Below, piece by piece: positions 1 through 9,800 of a stretch of DNA of 64,000 bases. The notes under the pieces were generated by a model. The model saw nothing but the letters and a program-made list of their open reading frames with translations, searched no databases and was not told the origin of the DNA. A program made the position numbers and the translations under genes. The stretch is from Saccharofermentanales bacterium (GTDB lineage Bacteria; Bacillota; Clostridia; Saccharofermentanales; DTU023), in assembly GCA_050951925.1 (NCBI GenBank), contig JBMNJZ010000001.1, forward strand, positions 915,015 to 979,014, given 5' to 3'. Position 1 is the first letter of the stretch; every line of letters begins with the position of its first letter.

Positions 1-2
1 AA

Positions 3-827
3 AGAGAGGGCAGGTTCAGAGGCAAGAACTGCGCCTTGATTTTACCTGAGTTCAGTACATATTTCAGGTCGCTTGAGATGCCTCCGATCAGTGAAAAGCA
101 GCTGCGACTCAATCTCCCGTACGAATTCAGAGATTTCGTTGGCAATGAGAGCATAAACTATAATTATGATTACGCAGTTGAAGGCTATGTCACGGACGAG
201 GACGGCAAGGTAACGGCTGTCAGTTTGCTCGCGGCAGCCGCCTCGAAGATAACAATCAAGGAGTATGAGGACCTTCTTTACAGAGCAAGCTTCAGGCTCA
301 AGGTGGCACTGCCGAGAGAGATGGCTCTTCTCAATCTCGTCAGAAAGGCTATCGAAAGGGAAGCTTACGGCGACAGAGTCTCCGTAATAATCGATTTAGG
401 CTTCGCAAACACGAGGGTCTACATACTGCAAGGGGGGGATCTGAGGGCTGCCAAGACGATCGAGATGGGCTGCAGGGACGTGGACAGCGTAATCGCGGAT
501 CATTATAATATCGATGTTTATCTTGCTGCTTCGTACAGGGAGACCGACCATGAAGGGATACTTGAAAGCGATGTCTGCCGGGCGGTATACAACAGAATAT
601 CGCTGGAAGTGATGAAGGCTATAAACTTCTATAAATACGAAAATCAGCAGAGCGAATTCGAGGACTGCTTCATCTGCGGTGACTGCTCGGATACCGAAGC
701 TTTTGTAGACAATATGCTTGCATATGTGCGGCTGGACAAGGCGAATCTGGATGTGATTCTACCCAAAGAATGCAGGGGCCTGAGTGACGCTCCGCGCGCG
801 CTCATGTCCATAGGCGTTACTTTATAG
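3..827 (+). CDS. pilM: Type IV pilus assembly protein PilM-like (actin-like ATPase fold), 5' end outside the window
   Basis: The frame is open from base 3, with no stop upstream of the TTG at 36, so the gene is cut by the window edge. The layout is PilM-like (LPYEFRDFV segment, IIDLGFANTRVYI nucleotide-binding-type motif, C-terminal FICGDCS). It is directly followed by PilN/PilO-like genes. Confidence 0.7.
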   Translation, partial: REGRFRGKNCALILPEFSTYFRSLEMPPISEKQLRLNLPYEFRDFVGNESINYNYDYAVEGYVTDEDGKVTAVSLLAAAASKITIKEYEDLLYRASFRLKVALPREMALLNLVRKAIEREAYGDRVSVIIDLGFANTRVYILQGGDLRAAKTIEMGCRDVDSVIADHYNIDVYLAASYRETDHEGILESDVCRAVYNRISLEVMKAINFYKYENQQSEFEDCFICGDCSDTEAFVDNMLAYVRLDKANLDVILPKECRGLSDAPRALMSIGVTL

Positions 828-839
828 GAGAAGGACTTC

Positions 840-1487
840 ATGGGAAATAAGCCAAAAAAACATAAAGTCTCAAAACTTCCTTCAAAAAAGACCATGAACC
901 TCTATCAGATTGAGATTACCGATAATTCGTGGCAGAGGGTAATACCTTACGCGCTACTGATTATTGTTATTGTGGCTGCATTTGCTCAATTCGGTGTCTT
1001 TCAAAGAATATCGCAACTTAATAAGTTGAGCGAGCAGGTTTCTAAAGCTCAGATTCAGCTTGAGAAGCTCAATAAATCCATAGAGGACTATGATGACGTT
1101 AAGACCGAATATATCAGATATACCGACGATTACATGCTTGAGGAAGAAGGAAAGCTTGTTGACAGGATGAAAATCATCGGTCTGATAGGTGACAAGGTTT
1201 CCAACATAGGAGAAGTCAAGAGCTACGCAATAGCCGATAACACGGTTTCTCTCGAAGTAGTTGTCGATACGCTCGATGATGTTCGCAGGATAAGGAAGCA
1301 GCTTGACGAAGTAGATTGGGTCGGGAACATAACCGTCAACACCGCTACGAAGAGTATTTCTGCCGCAGGTGGGGGCGAGGTAGTCGCTTCGATCGTGTTT
1401 GATGTTATTTACCAGGGCGAGTCTGAGGAGCCGGTTGACGCTTCCGGCACTGCGGAAGCAGCGGACGGAGAGGGGGTTGATGACTGA
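840..1487 (+). CDS. PilN-like pilus assembly protein (bitopic, coiled-coil)
   Basis: 215 aa. It has a basic N-terminus, one TM helix (VIPYALLIIVIVAAFAQFGVF) and a coiled-coil (LNKLSEQVSKAQIQLEKLNKSIEDY). There is a GGAG-type RBS upstream. It sits between the pilM-like and pilO-like genes. Confidence 0.6.
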   Translation: MGNKPKKHKVSKLPSKKTMNLYQIEITDNSWQRVIPYALLIIVIVAAFAQFGVFQRISQLNKLSEQVSKAQIQLEKLNKSIEDYDDVKTEYIRYTDDYMLEEEGKLVDRMKIIGLIGDKVSNIGEVKSYAIADNTVSLEVVVDTLDDVRRIRKQLDEVDWVGNITVNTATKSISAAGGGEVVASIVFDVIYQGESEEPVDASGTAEAADGEGVDD

Positions 1488-2119
1488 TGAATCTGAAGAG
1501 AGAAGTTATGTCGCTTAAAGAGTTGATACTTCTGGGCATATTGATCATCCTCGCAGCATATTATTTCGTAGTGCATGGCCCGATTGAAAAACAGACGGCA
1601 GAGTACGAGAGTAAGCTTGCCGAGATTGATTTAGAACTGCAGATTGCGCAGCAAAAGGCTGTAGAGAAAATTAAGATGCAGGAGTCAATCGACGCCATAT
1701 TTGCCCGATATGACGGTAATCCGCCAATGATACCTGCATACAACAATATTAATTTTATTATGGGAGAGTTAAACGGTATTTTAGGCAATACTTATGATTA
1801 CAATTTATCATTTGGCGCGGAGACGGCGGATGAGAATAATATTAAGATTATTAGAAGACCGATAGCTATTTCTTTCTCGACTCAAAAATATAGTGACGCT
1901 GTAGCGAAAATTAAGACGATTAATGAGTCGGAAAATAAATATTTGATTCAAAATGTTTCTGTTTTTGATTCTGGTGCTAATAGCTCCGTCTTAACCAATC
2001 CGTTTGGCGATCCTGTTAATAGCACTAAAAACAGTGGCAGGTACAATATTGTAATGACCATGACAAGTTTCGAGTACAAGGCGGATGCGCAGGCACCGCA
2101 GGAGGACATATCACAATAA
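1487..2119 (+). CDS. PilO-like pilus assembly protein (bitopic, coiled-coil)
   Basis: 210 aa. Its start overlaps the upstream stop (ATGA). It has an N-terminal TM helix (LILLGILIILAAYYFVV) followed by a coiled-coil. The call rests on architecture and position only. Confidence 0.5.
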   Translation: MNLKREVMSLKELILLGILIILAAYYFVVHGPIEKQTAEYESKLAEIDLELQIAQQKAVEKIKMQESIDAIFARYDGNPPMIPAYNNINFIMGELNGILGNTYDYNLSFGAETADENNIKIIRRPIAISFSTQKYSDAVAKIKTINESENKYLIQNVSVFDSGANSSVLTNPFGDPVNSTKNSGRYNIVMTMTSFEYKADAQAPQEDISQ

Positions 2120-2187
2120 AGTACGAAATACTCTTGAATGCATAAAGATATAGAGGATTTTTGGTCGGGGAACAGTAAAAAATATCC

Positions 2188-2222
2188 AAAGCTTACCGCG
2201 GTTGGCAGCGGTAAGCTTTTTT
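2188..2222. terminator. Bidirectional Rho-independent terminator between the convergent pilO-like and pseudopilin genes
   Basis: A perfect 12-bp stem, aaagcttaccgc (2188-2199) / gcggtaagcttt (2208-2219), with an 8-nt loop, followed by a T-run. Confidence 0.75.
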
Positions 2223-2258
2223 AATGAGCTTTTTTAACAGCCTGAAATACGCATATTG

Positions 2259-2807
2259 CTATCCGTTGAGAATCTCAACCGCGAAATTCTCTTCGGAAAT
2301 AATAATTTGTTCATCTTGCGTCATAACCTGAATGCCGATCTTGAATACCATGAAATTTTGATTCGGTGGAGTTAAATCCCTTTCGGACGCAGTAGTAAAC
2401 TTGGCTTTTAAATCGTAAACATAGGTTTTTTTCGGAACCAAGTCATATTTCCCCTCCGGTGTACTCAGCGTTATGAATCCACTTTCAGCGGGATCACCGT
2501 TTTCATCCGTTATTGAGAAGCTGCAATTTTTAAGAGAATGATTCGTACTAAAAAACTTTAGATCACTCAGGTTTGTTCCTTCAATATTTTTGGCGTAGCG
2601 AAGCTCATTTTTGACCGCAGTAACGAGCGTAGCGCACAAAATCTGCCCTTCCGCCTCCCGGTTAGATTTGTTAAATGAGCGCACTCCGAGATCTATCGCT
2701 AAAGATATGATTCCGGTTACTAATATCAGGAGAACTACCGTAACCAGGAGCTCGATAAGGGTTACACCTTTATTATTTGATTTCTTAACGACATTACTTA
2801 TAGTCAT
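2259..2807 (-). CDS. Type IV pilin/pseudopilin with prepilin leader (Glu+5 present)
   Basis: From Met32 of the track ORF the protein reads MTISNVVKKSNNKG|VTLIELLVTVVLLILVTGIISLAI. That is a short basic leader, Gly-1, Glu at +5 and a hydrophobic helix, the class III signal. The ATG at 2807 overlaps the upstream gene's end by 14 nt. Confidence 0.8.
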   Translation of the reverse strand: MTISNVVKKSNNKGVTLIELLVTVVLLILVTGIISLAIDLGVRSFNKSNREAEGQILCATLVTAVKNELRYAKNIEGTNLSDLKFFSTNHSLKNCSFSITDENGDPAESGFITLSTPEGKYDLVPKKTYVYDLKAKFTTASERDLTPPNQNFMVFKIGIQVMTQDEQIIISEENFAVEILNG

Positions 2808-3117
2808 AAAAATAGTACCCCTCGGATTCATATACATTAAAATCGTACCCCGCGAATTCATCTGCCTCTGTAGAAATATCGAGACTTTCGATAACGGCAC
2901 CAGAGTATTCGACTGTAACTGTAACCTCTTCGGCTATGGGAGCTGTCCTGTCCATCATCGTAGAAATATCTTTTTCCTCAGCCTGTTTGTTGAGTTTAGC
3001 TGCGAGTGTAATAGCAGTAGGAAGCATAATCATTACAAGAACTATGATGAGCAGACTGACCAAAACTTCTATCAGGGTTTCTCCGCGTTTGTTTTTTAGT
3101 TTACTTTTTGTTTTCAT
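2794..3117 (-). CDS. Small type IV pilin/pseudopilin with prepilin leader (Glu+5 present)
   Basis: From Met13 of the track ORF the protein reads MKTKSKLKNKRG|ETLIEVLVSLLIIVLVMIML. A GGAGG RBS lies inside the end of the upstream gene, and the ATG at 3117 is 1 nt after the upstream TGA. 107 aa. Confidence 0.8.
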   Translation of the reverse strand: MKTKSKLKNKRGETLIEVLVSLLIIVLVMIMLPTAITLAAKLNKQAEEKDISTMMDRTAPIAEEVTVTVEYSGAVIESLDISTEADEFAGYDFNVYESEGYYFYDYK

Positions 3118-3118
3118 C

Positions 3119-3850
3119 TCAGCCTCCGCTCGTCTTATTCTTGGTGATAACAAAGTTGTCCCAGCTGATTGTATGAACCACCTTTTGGGTAACGGTTATG
3201 GTCTTAACATTTTTGTTTTCTGTCCGTTCTTTCATTTCGCTTGAAGATGTGACCGGATATGAGGTGGCTTTTAATAAATCCATAGTCATAACCGCTGATG
3301 GCGAAGCATCTTCAATGCCGAAAGTGGTGGTTATTCTCATTTTTTGAGGATTGAACACCATCTTAGCTTCTACGGTTGCTATCTCCGATAAAATGTCGTT
3401 GCAGGTTATAGTGATAGTTAGTTCTGTTTGCGAAGCAGGCGGGTCAATGATTGCTTTTGCCCAGGCATTAAGGACCGCTTGCGGTACTATATTTTTTGCT
3501 GCGATATCATTGTAAACAGCTGGGTCTAATGAAGCTTCGGTCGATGGTGGGCTCTCTGACACCAGCTCATCCCAGTTATCATCATATACTTTCTCAGTGG
3601 TAGTAATGAATGTTTGCTCAAAGGAGATACTATCACCCTCAAGCGCATTTTTGAACATCATAACCGCGGAGCTTACCGCGAGGTAATTTTGTTCCTCGTT
3701 CTGCGTGTTTTTTACACGACCTATGTTGGAAAACGCAGTATAAATCAGAACCGCCGAAATCATGAGGCAAAGAATCAGGGCGACCAAAGCGAACACAATG
3801 GTCGCGCCCTGCTTGGACTGTATTTTATTCTTTAGATTACTTGAATTCAT
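3119..3850 (-). CDS. Minor pseudopilin-like protein lacking Glu+5
   Basis: The N-terminus is MNSSNLKNKIQSKQG|ATIVFALVALILCLMISAVLIYTAF, a basic leader, Gly, then a hydrophobic helix with Phe at +5 instead of Glu. The ATG at 3850 lies inside the last codons of the giant upstream gene. Confidence 0.65.
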   Translation of the reverse strand: MNSSNLKNKIQSKQGATIVFALVALILCLMISAVLIYTAFSNIGRVKNTQNEEQNYLAVSSAVMMFKNALEGDSISFEQTFITTTEKVYDDNWDELVSESPPSTEASLDPAVYNDIAAKNIVPQAVLNAWAKAIIDPPASQTELTITITCNDILSEIATVEAKMVFNPQKMRITTTFGIEDASPSAVMTMDLLKATSYPVTSSSEMKERTENKNVKTITVTQKVVHTISWDNFVITKNKTSGG

Positions 3851-6800
3851 GTAATCTCTCCTGAAGGGAAGTATGGTACTTAAATAGCCATATTCCGCCG
3901 TCTTGGTTTTTTATAATATTCTTGTTAGAGTTATTAAGAATGAATTTATTATTGCTATTGTCAAACAAAATCCTCCAAAAACTTTGGAAAAACAGATTGT
4001 GCATATCGCTGTAGTATTTAGCCCCATAAAGCCCGGGCCCGGATGTTGCACCACAGAAAACAGCATTGGTATTAGAGCCACCTGTAGGTTTTTTTATGTA
4101 TGTCTCGTTATGAGTATTAGAAAGCTTAAGGTATTCCGTGCCTACGCCGTCTGGTACGTCGTTCGTAACATCCCATAGCATCGTATTTTCGCTCACAGGC
4201 GAGGCGAGGTGATAATCATCTCCACCTATGTGCTGAAGATATACTTGTGTCGTAGTAACCGGATTGTCAGACCCGGGCCCGAGTCCGGGCGGCGACTCTC
4301 CGGTCATGCAATAGTATTCCGTGTCGCTTTCTCCTACCACCCTTGCGACAACAAGGTATTTTTCTTCCGTATTGGTAGTCGTGGGAAGCGGATCATCGTA
4401 AGAGGCTCCGCTGACAAATTTCAGATTATATGGTATCTTCCACCTCGCATATAGTTCTATATCCTGTTCCGGATTGATATTAAATTTACCATCCTCTGTA
4501 ATTCCTGCTATATCGCCGTCATCTGTGTAAATCGTTCCGTTAGTATTCAATAGTTTTTTGAGATCTTCACCATCGTAAACATACCAGCCTGCAAAGCTTG
4601 AGCTTGAGTCTAAAAGTGAACCCTTATCACTCATCTCAATATTCAAAGCAGAGAATGATTTATCCGTATTGGTGGATATGAGAGCCGGATCTACACCTTG
4701 ATCGCCGTTATTGTAGAGATAATGGTTATTTATATATTCTTCATTTTCCGTTGCCGTTCCGTCTAAGTTATAATGCTTCAAAATAAGCTTTCCGGTGCAC
4801 CAAAGCGCACGTAAATTGAGTACATTGCTGTCAAAAGTCCTTATATTGCCTTCGCTGTCAATATTAGTCTTATCACGCGCTTCTATTTTCAGTGCCTGAA
4901 CTTTAAAATCAGCATTTCCCGCATTTTGCGCTGTAGCTTCCAGATAGAACGGCGAAGGATCTAATGTGGCCATGGCTCTATAAATGTCTGAACTAAAGCC
5001 AACGGCATTCTCCTCCGGATTGAATTCGAATGTGAATGTCCAATTTCCACTCACCGTCATTTCGTTAGTATTAATCAAGTTATTCCATTGATCCCTCAAT
5101 ATGAGGTTCCAATTTACTGTATCTCCACGTTCCAGCCTCTGCCGTTCTCCCGGGTGCCAAACCTCAGGATTAATCGGCTCTGCCGACAAATTAACTATAG
5201 CGGTGACATCAACTTTTAATGTTGCCATATAATATTTGCCGCTATCTGAATATCTAAAGAGGATTATCGTAGGTGTTTCTGTCTTATCGATACCCGTTAC
5301 GGTAAGTTTGGAAATAATACCCTCGGTTTCGCTTGCGGATATTTCAACCTTGTCGTTGATACTTACGGACGGGTTATCGGCGAAATTAACCCATTCACCA
5401 TTGTCTTTTCTGATTTCAAAATTTAACACTAAAATATCTGTGTAACCGTCGCCGTCAAAAAATTGCACTTCCGTTTCATCGACATAATCGTCAATATCTT
5501 CGCCTGTAACCGCATCTGTATGATAAGAAATTAAATCCAACCCCATTTCGGACTCAGTCAATTCCAAGCGCCTGTTCTTAGGCCATTCGCCGTAGTGGAC
5601 ATATTTTTTGCCGCCCGGATATTCTTGCGTAATTACTGTGGCAAACGGATAGTCCTCACCTTCGAGCGAAGCTTCACCGCAGGGGAAGCTGTAGTTAGCA
5701 GTGACTTTGTGATAAGAATTCTGTGGGGAACCGCTATTCAAGTCATCGCAGAATTGCTGCAGTGACATATCGTCGTATGATTTCGAATTAATGCCGTTAT
5801 CTACCCAACCGGATTCAGCCGATGCTATTATCAGCTGGCCGGTTAGATAATTGTTAGCATAATAATAGCAGTTATTTAACTCGCCGCCTAACTGTTTTGG
5901 CAGTAAATTGTTCTCGTTATAGCATGCGTCACCGCCTATTACGGCAACCTTTACATTGCCTTCAGGCAGGGGTAAATCCATATAAGAATAGCAATTATAA
6001 TATTTCGGGCTTATAAATGCACTCGCCTCCTCAGCATGCATATTTACGGCACTGCATGTAAAGGCTGATGAGGCGATGCCGCTGATATAAATATTCAGTT
6101 GATCGGACTCGGGATAGATAAGAGAATGATTAACAATAACTCTGCCGCCGGAATAACAATTATTTATCTTGGTTTGATTTGTACCCGCGATACCTCCTAC
6201 AGTTATGTTATCTTTATAGCCTGAACCAACACTTGTGCCCCTGTTCCTATCTGTATTGATTCCAATTGTAGTTACGGCAGAGCATCTGTTTATATTTGTT
6301 CTGAGAACGCCTGCCAAGCCACCTATGGTTGCTTCGCCGCAAGAAACCGGCTGATTGCTTTCATCACTAATTTCATAGCCGGCAACCGCACAGTTTTCGA
6401 TCTTGCCATTGTAGTTATCATAGTCATCATCATATTCGTTTGCCATCCCCACTAAGGTGCCGATGGCATAATAGCCCGCAGGGCTTTCTGCAGGACGCTT
6501 AATTACCGCAGGAGTGTTATTTGAGTCCCTGATGAGTACGACATTTTTTATCGTAGAGCTTACAGTTAATCCGAAAACTCCTACCGAATAACAACTTGAT
6601 GTAATAGAAAGGTTCTTGATTTTATAACTTTGACCGTCAAAAGTCCCGCCAAACCAGGCAAAAAACGGTAAGCGGTAGCTCTTTCCCGATGTTTCTCCAA
6701 GGGCAGCGATCGGGGAATAGCTTGTTCTTCTGATGCACTCTATATCATAATCCTGAATGAAGTTCTGTCTTGCCCTTGATTGCCCGAAATCATTCCAGAC

Positions 6801-9800
6801 TTCCGGTTCCGCTTCCGCGTTATAAGTCCAACCTGAAGCATCACTATATTCTATCTGGCTTCCTTTCTTTGTCGCGTGCAAATAAGGGAAATAATTGTAA
6901 TTTGTTCTGCTAATCCGCTGATCACAATTCCTATTAACGCTGTTCCAGTTGATAAACTGCAGTTGGTCGAGTGACCTGATTCTGTATTTATTATTCCCCG
7001 TTCCCGGCTCGTATTGAGGAGCGGGTTGAGTACCGGCGTTATTCCATGTGTTCCAACCTGTGAGCTTTATTGATTTGGCGAAGAAAGGACAGAAAGTATA
7101 GTTTAGCGGATCGTCCTCCCCGGCTGTTAAAGTCACGGTAGCATTCTGCACATTCCCCGTCATGAACATATAGTTATCTTTATACAGGCGGCCATTAGCA
7201 TCAACGCCATTAGTTTTATATGAGGTAGCAAGATTAGTTTCATCACAAGTGGTATAGCAATAGAACTTATAGCCTGGATAGTTTTCATTAAAATATGAGT
7301 CGGCGGAAGCGTTTGTGGTTACAGGGTTGGTTGCAGATACATTCACATTCAGCCATGATACATCTAAGGCGTATGTTTCTGTGCCGCCGCCTTTTTTGGC
7401 AACATAATACCCATAGCCGTATTCTTTGACGATTCCTCCGGTGTTATGCGCCGTGCTTGTGGTGTTATGGTAAACCGCCTCGTATTCTCCGCCTTCGCCA
7501 TTTTTTCTGCCAACCATATAGATCTTATATCCCTGACCCTGAGCAGAGCCTCCAGTAACTTTTTCCCAGTAGAACAGACCGGCCTTACCGTATTCAGGTT
7601 CCTCTTCCGATATCGGCGGCAACCAATCGCCATAATGAGGGAGACCTTCTATTGATACATACGGGTATATGACAAGAAGCTCAAGGTTTTCTTTTTGATT
7701 GTTTTGATTATATGGATAGGTGTCAAACTCGTTTTCGTCGTCCGAAAAAGGACTTCCCAATAAAGTGGCAGCAGCTGCATTAGATGTGAATTCATATTTT
7801 TGAGAATCTTCTAGCTTATTATCTTCGGATCCGAAATAGTAGACATTCTGTACCGTTGTTGCGTCCGGCGCTGTACTGTATATGTGAGTCGCCTGTGACT
7901 CGGAACAGTTAAAGAGCGAATATGAATTGGTTATACTTGAAATGTTGTTGGGAACAAAGCCCGCTGCCGAATCAATTATGCCTTCGGCTAAACCGGTTTT
8001 CATTATTCCGAAACCTGCGGAGTATGAGCCTGAAATAGAGGATCCGGCAGTAAGTGCACCTGCCAGTCCGCCTATCTTGGAAGTCGATGCGCCTCCGATA
8101 AGGTATGAGTCAGCATACGAATTCTGTATTATAGCACTGCCGTTTGTTTTGCTGCCTATCAGACCGCCAATCGAGCCCGTTCCTTCGATGATCGTTGCGG
8201 CAAAGCTGTTTTGAATGGTTAACGTGGAGTCTGTCGAACTGCTGCCTACGAACCCGCCGACATTGGCAGTGCCTTTCAATAAGATATTGTCCGCATAGGT
8301 GCTTTCGGATGCAAAGTATTCTTTCTCAATATAAAGTCGGCAGTCTTTTATTGTAAGGTCTGAGGTGGTTCTTCCCGCCAGGCCGCCTACGTCCGTGCCG
8401 CCTTCTATCTTTTCGTTAACCAATGTAACGCCGGAAATATTAGTTCCTGCAAAACTCCCAAACAACCCCGCCGGTTCGGAGCTGTTGCCGATATGCATAT
8501 TAATAATTTTGAACGAGTCGGCAGCAGGCGGGGCAATATAGCCCGAATATGTCATTAAAGACGAGTTGTTGATCGGCGTGAATGTTTTATCTCCGTAAAT
8601 TGACTTCCAGAGGAACGGCTTTTCGAGAGACCAATTATCATCAGAAACATCGTTAAAGTCTATATCCGAAATCTGTTTTGCGGAGGTAATGGCATTCGCC
8701 GGCAAGCGTGAAGTTGATATGTTAAGATTCTGCAGATGTCTGCCATACGCTATATTGGCTTCTGTCGGGTTCTCCGGATTTAATGACGCGAATAAACTGT
8801 TTGTAGTTCTTTCTATCGGGCCTACGTCCGGAACACTGTTGTCGCTGCTTGAGACAGTAAATGATAGTTCTAAGTCTTCGCCCGGAATGAGAGCGCCTGT
8901 CCTTGGCTCTGCATAATCCGGTTCCCATGTTATAGCGCCGAAAGTGTCTTTGAAGTATTGACTTTGATTGGTTTCGGGGTCGACGTCAAGCTTATCAAGT
9001 ATAACGGACGCAGAAAATACTTTAGTTACTGGATCCGGGGTGACGGTCTGCAGGAGAGTGACTGTATTACCGCTTGTTTTTCCCTTAACTGCAAGCTTAA
9101 ATTCCAGATCACTTATATCAGAATCAGAAGGAAGAATCGCAGTCATATTCGCTTGCAAAATATCGGCATTGATGACATTCAGCGAGGCGTTGATCATATT
9201 GCCGCTTACATCCGCGGGCATATTCGCTTTGCCGCCGTAGTAGCCTATTTTATTATTCCCTTTCAGGCTATGCCTGGGATCCTTGAATCTTATCGAAGAA
9301 TCCCCGTTTAGCGTTTCATCGTTATCAATGTAATAATTGCCGGAAGATCTTTTTTCCGAGTAAAATGCCGAATAGACATATCCGGTAACAGGGTCAAATT
9401 CAATGACCCAATTATCATCACGTACATCCCCATCAATGCTTCCTGGAGGAAAAATAAAATCGACCAGGTCACTTGGAGTTGAATTACCAGGATTGTCTTT
9501 GTCGTGATAAAAATATTTTAAGTTACCAGGATTTACCGCAGCAGTGTCTTCTCCCCAATCGGCCGGTTTGACGTCGACTTCTCCAAGTTCTGTGGCCGTT
9601 AATAAGCTGTCTATTCCTCCCGATGCTTTTAACTCCTTAATTCTGTTCTGCGCGCTGACATACATGCTCTGGGCTATGTTGTCCAGCTTTGTTTGATTGA
9701 TACGGTCAACCAAGCCTTGAATGCCAATAAATGCGACACCGAGAAGAATCACTACGATCGCAACAACGATGAGTGTTTGAATCAGCGTTAAACCTTTTTT

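Noticed and set aside
2808-2900. N-terminal extensions in the ORF track (also 3118-3153, 27886-27942, 38400-38441, 48580-48669, 32092-32163, 12964-13053)
   Set aside because: In each case an internal Met with a proper RBS, or overlap-coupling to the upstream gene, gives the canonical family N-terminus (prepilin leader, signal peptide, MscL or RbfA start). The extensions overlap upstream genes or lack an RBS.
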